From: Candidatus Krumholzibacteriales bacterium
Lineage (GTDB): Bacteria; Krumholzibacteriota; Krumholzibacteriia; Krumholzibacteriales; WJIX01
NCBI GenBank assembly: GCA_046483305.1
Contig: JAWODM010000014.1
Coordinates: forward strand, 63,925 to 127,924
Direction of reading: 5' to 3'
Length of the DNA stretch: 64,000 nucleotides
Part shown: positions 59,528 through 64,000 of the stretch, piece by piece
Layout: every line of letters starts with the position of its first letter
How positions within the stretch are numbered: the first letter of the stretch is position 1
Notes under the pieces: generated by a model
The model's database searches: none
Told to the model about the DNA's origin: nothing
What the model saw: only the letters and a program-made list of their open reading frames with translations
Position numbers and translations under genes: made by a program

Positions 59528-60043
59528 ATGGAACCGATGGAAATAATGACGATCGGCCGCAAGGTGCTCCGGGAGGAGACTGAGAAGGTAAGGGAATTCA
59601 GTGAGGATATCCCTGAATTCATTGAAAATATGAAAGTTACCATGGTGGAAAGAAGCGGGGTAGGCCTGGCCGCCCCCCAGGTAGGAGACCGCCGGAAGAT
59701 CATAACCCTGCACTACGATTTCGAAAAGAAGGGCAGGATCATCGAGATGATAAATCCCGAGATCATATCATTCTGCGATGAGAAGGAAAGGGAGGAGGAG
59801 GGGTGCCTGAGCATTCCCGGAATCACCGGGATCGTGGAGAGGCCCTGCGAGATCGAGGTGAGGTACCAGGATATAACCGGCAAAGAGCATGTCCAGGAGT
59901 TCAGCGGGCTCAACGCCAGGATAATCCAGCACGAGGTCGATCACCTCAACAAGACCCTGTTTGTGGACCGCCTCTCATACGCCAGGAAACTGATGATCAG
60001 AAAGAAGCTCAAGAAACTCGAGGAAGAAGCCAGACGGGGGTAG
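59528..60043 (+). CDS. def: peptide deformylase
   Basis: GVGLAAPQ, EGCLS, QHEVDH. Confidence 0.96.
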   Translation: MEPMEIMTIGRKVLREETEKVREFSEDIPEFIENMKVTMVERSGVGLAAPQVGDRRKIITLHYDFEKKGRIIEMINPEIISFCDEKEREEEGCLSIPGITGIVERPCEIEVRYQDITGKEHVQEFSGLNARIIQHEVDHLNKTLFVDRLSYARKLMIRKKLKKLEEEARRG

Positions 60044-60048
60044 CGCGC

Positions 60049-60993
60049 ATGGTTGTATTCTTCGGTTCCCCCGATTTCGCGGTACCCGCCCTTCTGAGGC
60101 TGATTTCCTCCGGCTACCGCCCGTCCCTGGTAATAACCCAGCCGGACCGTCCGTCCGGAAGGGGCAGGAAACCTTCACCCACCGCGGTGAAGAGGGCCGC
60201 TGTGGATAACGGAATACCGGTCAGAGAAGTAAAGAACTTCAAAGATCCGGATGCGGCGGAATACCTCCGCACCCTCAAACCGGACTTCTTCGCGGTGGCC
60301 GCGTTCGGGCTGATTTTCCCTCAGGAAGTGCTGGATATACCGGAAAAGGGGTGCGTCAACCTGCACGCTTCCCTTCTTCCCGCCTACCGTGGCGCCAGTC
60401 CGGTAAACGCGGCGGTACTGAGCGGCGACCTGTTCAGCGGGGTGACCACCATGGAGATGGAGAAGGAGCTGGACGCGGGGCCGGTATATATGCAGAGGAT
60501 GGTGGCGATACCGCCCGATGAGACCGCCGGCGGCCTGTTCGCCCGGCTGGCCAACGCCGGAGCGAATCTCCTTCTGGAGACACTGGAGAAGATAGACACA
60601 GAGGGGCTTATCCCGGTTCCGCAGCCGGCCGGGGGCGTAAGCTACGCTCCCATGCTCAGGAAGAAGGACGGGCTGGTTGACTGGAACAGGCCGGCCACCG
60701 GTATCTACAACCATGTCAGGGGGATGAATCCCTGGCCGGGGGCCTTTACATATTTCGGCAGGAAGATGATCAAAATCCACCGTGCTTTCCCCCTTGACCT
60801 CCTGAAGAGAGAGCTGAGCCCGGGGGAGGTTCTGGAGAGTTCGGGAGGCCGGCTGGCAGTCTGCTGCGGCACCGGCGCGCTGAGGATTGACCGGATTCAG
60901 CTGGAGGGGAAGCGTCCCCTGGACACGGAGGAATTTCTTAATGGTTTCGAAATCAGGCCGGGGGAAAGCTTCTCCGGAATAAGGAAGAAATAA
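60049..60993 (+). CDS. fmt: methionyl-tRNA formyltransferase
   Basis: FFGSPDFA, TQPDRP.GRG, NLHASLLP.YRGA.P, LDAG. Start reassigned to ATG 60049. Confidence 0.95.
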   Translation: MVVFFGSPDFAVPALLRLISSGYRPSLVITQPDRPSGRGRKPSPTAVKRAAVDNGIPVREVKNFKDPDAAEYLRTLKPDFFAVAAFGLIFPQEVLDIPEKGCVNLHASLLPAYRGASPVNAAVLSGDLFSGVTTMEMEKELDAGPVYMQRMVAIPPDETAGGLFARLANAGANLLLETLEKIDTEGLIPVPQPAGGVSYAPMLRKKDGLVDWNRPATGIYNHVRGMNPWPGAFTYFGRKMIKIHRAFPLDLLKRELSPGEVLESSGGRLAVCCGTGALRIDRIQLEGKRPLDTEEFLNGFEIRPGESFSGIRKK

Positions 60994-61721
60994 TGAACCG
61001 AGGCAGGATAATTACTTACGTATTCGTTGTGGCAGCCGCCTTTATCACCGGCATACTTATATTCAATTACCTGATCATGCCGGCCCTGACCGGCAGGGGA
61101 GATGTGGTACTGGTGCCGGACCTTCGGGGGATGGACCGGGAGGCGGCCAGTGCGAAGTGCCGCAACTCGGGCTATGCCATGAGGGTGCTCAGAGAAGAGC
61201 ACTCCGGGTCGGTTCCGGCAGGTTATGTGATCAGCCAGATACCGGATCCGGGCGAGGGGATGAAGGAGAGAAGAACAGTTCAGGTGGTGGTCAGCGCCGG
61301 GCATGAGATGGCGGTGGTACCCGACCTGAGGGGACAGTCGCTCCGGCAGGCCTATCTGACCCTGGAGGGAGCGGGCCTCAGGCGGGGAAGCATCTCCAGG
61401 ATATTCAGCCACCGGAAGGGCGAGAACGCGGTCTACGGCTCCAGCCCGTCGGCGGGCTCCGAGGTTCCGGCCGGCTCCAGAATAGACCTGCTGTTCAGAA
61501 TAAGGGAAGCCCAGAGGATTTTCAAGATGCCCGACATGGTGGGTATGGACTTTCAGTTTGCCAGGGAGCGCCTGGAAGAGCTGGGGTTTAATGTAGGGAG
61601 GGTGGTCAACAGGAAGCTGGATACCGGATTTCCCAACAAGATCCTCAGCCAGTCTCCTCCTCCCGGTTCTGCCATAAGGGAAGGGGGAACCATTGAATTT
61701 ACTGTATCCACTGTTGAATGA
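60993..61721 (+). CDS. membrane-anchored PASTA-domain protein (three PASTA repeats, no kinase domain)
   Basis: N-terminal TM; VPDLRG twice and MPDMVG; SQ.P motifs. Confidence 0.85.
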   Translation: MNRGRIITYVFVVAAAFITGILIFNYLIMPALTGRGDVVLVPDLRGMDREAASAKCRNSGYAMRVLREEHSGSVPAGYVISQIPDPGEGMKERRTVQVVVSAGHEMAVVPDLRGQSLRQAYLTLEGAGLRRGSISRIFSHRKGENAVYGSSPSAGSEVPAGSRIDLLFRIREAQRIFKMPDMVGMDFQFARERLEELGFNVGRVVNRKLDTGFPNKILSQSPPPGSAIREGGTIEFTVSTVE

Positions 61722-62373
61722 TAATGAAACTGCGGTATCTCCATCGCTTCTGGCCTGCGATTTCAGCCGGATGGAGAGTGAGATAAAAGATGTGGAAGCG
61801 GCAGGAGCAGATTTTCACCACGTCGATGTAATGGACGGGCACTTCGTTCCCAATATCACCTTCGGGCCGGTTATAGTTAAGGCGATTTCTAAACTGGCAT
61901 CTATCCCCCTGATAACCCACCTGATGATTACAGACCCGGCCAAGTACGCCCGGAGGTTCGCCGAAGCCGGCAGCAGCGCACTTTCCTTCCATTACGAGGC
62001 GCTTGATTCCGGCCATGAAGAGGTAATAGAGCTGATCAGGGAGCTCGGCTGCGCACCCGGCCTTGCGATAAACCCGAACACAGCGTTCAATAAGGTAACA
62101 CACCTGCTGAACAGTATAGATTTTCTGCTGTGCATGACGGTAAATCCGGGGTTCAGCGGCCAGGGTTTCATCTCCGAAGTGCTGGATAAGATAGAGAAGG
62201 CACGCAGCTACAGGGATGAAAAGGGGCTGGACTACCTGATAGAGGTTGACGGGGGGATCAAGTCCGAAAACGCAAATCTGGTAAGGGAAAGGGGCGGGCA
62301 GATACTGGTCTCGGGGAGCGGGATCTTCGGAAGAGGCAGCTACCGGAAGGCGATAGAGGGGATCCGGGGCTGA
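61693..62373 (+). CDS. rpe: ribulose-phosphate 3-epimerase
   Basis: SPSLL, HVDVMDGHFVPN, MTVNPGF.GQ, EVDGG. The start may be TTG 61714. Confidence 0.95.
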   Translation: MNLLYPLLNDNETAVSPSLLACDFSRMESEIKDVEAAGADFHHVDVMDGHFVPNITFGPVIVKAISKLASIPLITHLMITDPAKYARRFAEAGSSALSFHYEALDSGHEEVIELIRELGCAPGLAINPNTAFNKVTHLLNSIDFLLCMTVNPGFSGQGFISEVLDKIEKARSYRDEKGLDYLIEVDGGIKSENANLVRERGGQILVSGSGIFGRGSYRKAIEGIRG

Positions 62374-62523
62374 AGCGGTCGATCACTTAGGTAATTATTC
62401 TTCGTGTGAAAAGACCGGAAAGTGGTAAATAATTTACCGCCAACAGTGGATGTCCGTTTTTACGCAAACTGATTTTCCTGATCCTCGCCGCCCAAAAAGA
62501 GCCAGAGCCTGCCCGGTTTATTC

Positions 62524-62552
62524 TTGCCTAAAAGCGGGGTTACTGTTAAATT
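62524..62552 (+). promoter_or_regulatory. sigma70-type promoter for ffh-rpsP
   Basis: TTGCCT-17nt-TAAATT with an extended TGn. Confidence 0.5.
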
Positions 62553-62585
62553 TATTTACTTACAGGTAATTTGGAGGAATTTGTA

Positions 62586-63908
62586 TTGTTTGCAAGTCTG
62601 TCTGATAAATTTGCGAAGGTATTCAAGCAGCTGCGGGGACAGGGCCGGGTGCGGGAGAAGCATATCCGCGAGGCGATGAAACAGGTCCGCCGTGCACTTC
62701 TGGAAGCTGACGTGAACTATAAAGTTGCCAGGAAACTGGTGAAGAGGATAGGCGAACGGGCTGAGGGGAAGAGGGTGCTGGACAGCGTAACCCCCGACCA
62801 GCAGGTCATCAAGATTGTCCACGAGGAACTGGTGAAGGTACTGGGGGGAACTACCCCCGAGTTCAAGCTCTCCGGTTCCCCGGCGGTGATTATGGTCTGC
62901 GGGCTTCAGGGGGCGGGAAAGACCAGCTTTGTTTCCAAGCTTGCCTACTACCTGAAGAATAAGGGGAGAAAGCCGCTTCTGATAGCCGCAGATATTCACC
63001 GGCCGGCAGCGGTGAAGCAGCTGGTGGTGATGGGGGAGCAGGCCGGAGCGGAGGTGTTCGAGCAGGGGGTGGACCTGGAAGCGGAAAAGATAGTCAAAAA
63101 CGGCCTGAAGAAAGCCCGTGAAGGGCTGTTTGATACGGTAATCATAGATACAGCGGGCCGGCTTCACATAGACGAAGAGATGATGAAGGAACTGGTCCGG
63201 GTAAAGAAAACGGCGGCGCCGGAGGAGTCCCTGCTGGTGCTGGACAGCATGAGCGGGCAGGAGGCGGTTAATGTGGCCTCCAGCTTCAAGAAGGAGATCG
63301 ATTTTACCGGGCTGGCGTTGACCAAGCTGGACGGGGACGCCAAGGGAGGAGCCGCCCTCAGCGTTACCGAGGTAACCGGAATGCCGGTAAAGTTCGTGAC
63401 GGTGGGGGAGAGGCCGGACGCCCTGGAGAGGTTCCACCCGGAGAGGATGGCCGGAAGGATACTGGGGATGGGAGATGTGGTCTCCCTGGTGGAGAAGGCC
63501 GAACAGACCATGGACCAGGAGAAGGCTGAACAGCTGGAGCAGAAACTGAGGAAGAACAGGTTCACCCTGGAGGATTTCCTGGATCAGCTTCAGAGCCTCC
63601 GGAAGATGGGCCCTCTGGACCAGCTGGTGGGGATGATTCCGGGGATGGGAGACAAGATCTCTGCTTCCGACGTGGATGAGTCGCAGATGAAGAGGGTGGA
63701 GGCGATAATCCAGTCCATGACCCCGGAGGAGAGGCATGACCCCGATATCATCAACGGTTCCCGCCGCCGCAGAATTGCCGCCGGGAGCGGTAGTACCGTG
63801 CAGGACGTCAACAGGCTCCTGAAGCAGTTCAGGCAGATGAAGAAGATGGTAAAACAATTTTCGAAGTTGACACCGGGCAGAAAATCATTAGGTTTCCCAA
63901 TGAACTAG
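62586..63908 (+). CDS. ffh: signal recognition particle protein Ffh
   Basis: ALLEADV, GLQGAGKT, DTAGR, TKLDGD, M domain. Start TTG 62586 after GGAGG gives MFASLSDK. Confidence 0.97.
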   Translation: MFASLSDKFAKVFKQLRGQGRVREKHIREAMKQVRRALLEADVNYKVARKLVKRIGERAEGKRVLDSVTPDQQVIKIVHEELVKVLGGTTPEFKLSGSPAVIMVCGLQGAGKTSFVSKLAYYLKNKGRKPLLIAADIHRPAAVKQLVVMGEQAGAEVFEQGVDLEAEKIVKNGLKKAREGLFDTVIIDTAGRLHIDEEMMKELVRVKKTAAPEESLLVLDSMSGQEAVNVASSFKKEIDFTGLALTKLDGDAKGGAALSVTEVTGMPVKFVTVGERPDALERFHPERMAGRILGMGDVVSLVEKAEQTMDQEKAEQLEQKLRKNRFTLEDFLDQLQSLRKMGPLDQLVGMIPGMGDKISASDVDESQMKRVEAIIQSMTPEERHDPDIINGSRRRRIAAGSGSTVQDVNRLLKQFRQMKKMVKQFSKLTPGRKSLGFPMN

Positions 63909-63932
63909 TTTTTAAATTAATGGAGGTAAAAT

Positions 63933-64000
63933 TTGTCAGTAAAGATCAGATTAAAGAGAATGGGCAAGAAGAAGAATCCCTTCTACCGGATCGTGGTCGC
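63933..64000 (+). CDS. rpsP: 30S ribosomal protein S16 (5' part, runs off the window)
   Basis: GGAGGT RBS, then MSVKIRLKRMGKKKNPFYRIVV; follows ffh. Confidence 0.93.
   Translation, partial: MSVKIRLKRMGKKKNPFYRIVV

Noticed and set aside
62374..62570. SRP RNA or tRNA upstream of ffh
   Set aside because: No SRP domain IV motif or cloverleaf; only a short GGTAAA-TAA-TTTACC palindrome and a promoter.

Overview
A 64-kb chromosomal window from a diderm bacterium. It uses Shine-Dalgarno sites and canonical TTGACA/TATAAT-type promoters yet carries type IX secretion (T9SS)-like genes, so I infer a non-Bacteroidota member of the FCB group (Krumholzibacteriota/Latescibacterota-like; not verified). From left to right: (1) 38-16568, a co-oriented envelope/secretion cluster with a PorU-like C25 sortase, PorV, an M6 metalloprotease with a T9SS CTD, two paralogous membrane proteins, an NHL protein, a 1122-aa barrel with SprA-like motifs and an Omp85 protein. 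(2) 16606-26338, an opposite-strand island bounded by 23-bp imperfect direct repeats. It holds a decayed IS91/ISCR-like transposase, a small exported protein ending in a SWGxLKxxY tail, a 2454-aa internally duplicated S8 protease with a CTD and a GEVED-domain protein. (3) thiC, a DinG helicase, hutU-hutI, an SgmX-like TPR protein, a PHP protein, a lone ECF S-component and a plug-containing outer-membrane receptor. (4) A Geobacter/Myxococcus-type pilB-pilT-pilC-pilS-pilR-pilA cluster with two sigma54 promoters, followed by a MITE-like structured repeat and two glycosyltransferases. (5) Housekeeping genes: PDZ lipoprotein, Yip1, EF-G2, yebC-ruvCAB-queA-tgt-yajC-def-fmt-PASTA-rpe, ffh and the start of rpsP. 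I saw no rRNA, tRNA or CRISPR array. All calls come from motif recognition by eye; no database searches were run.
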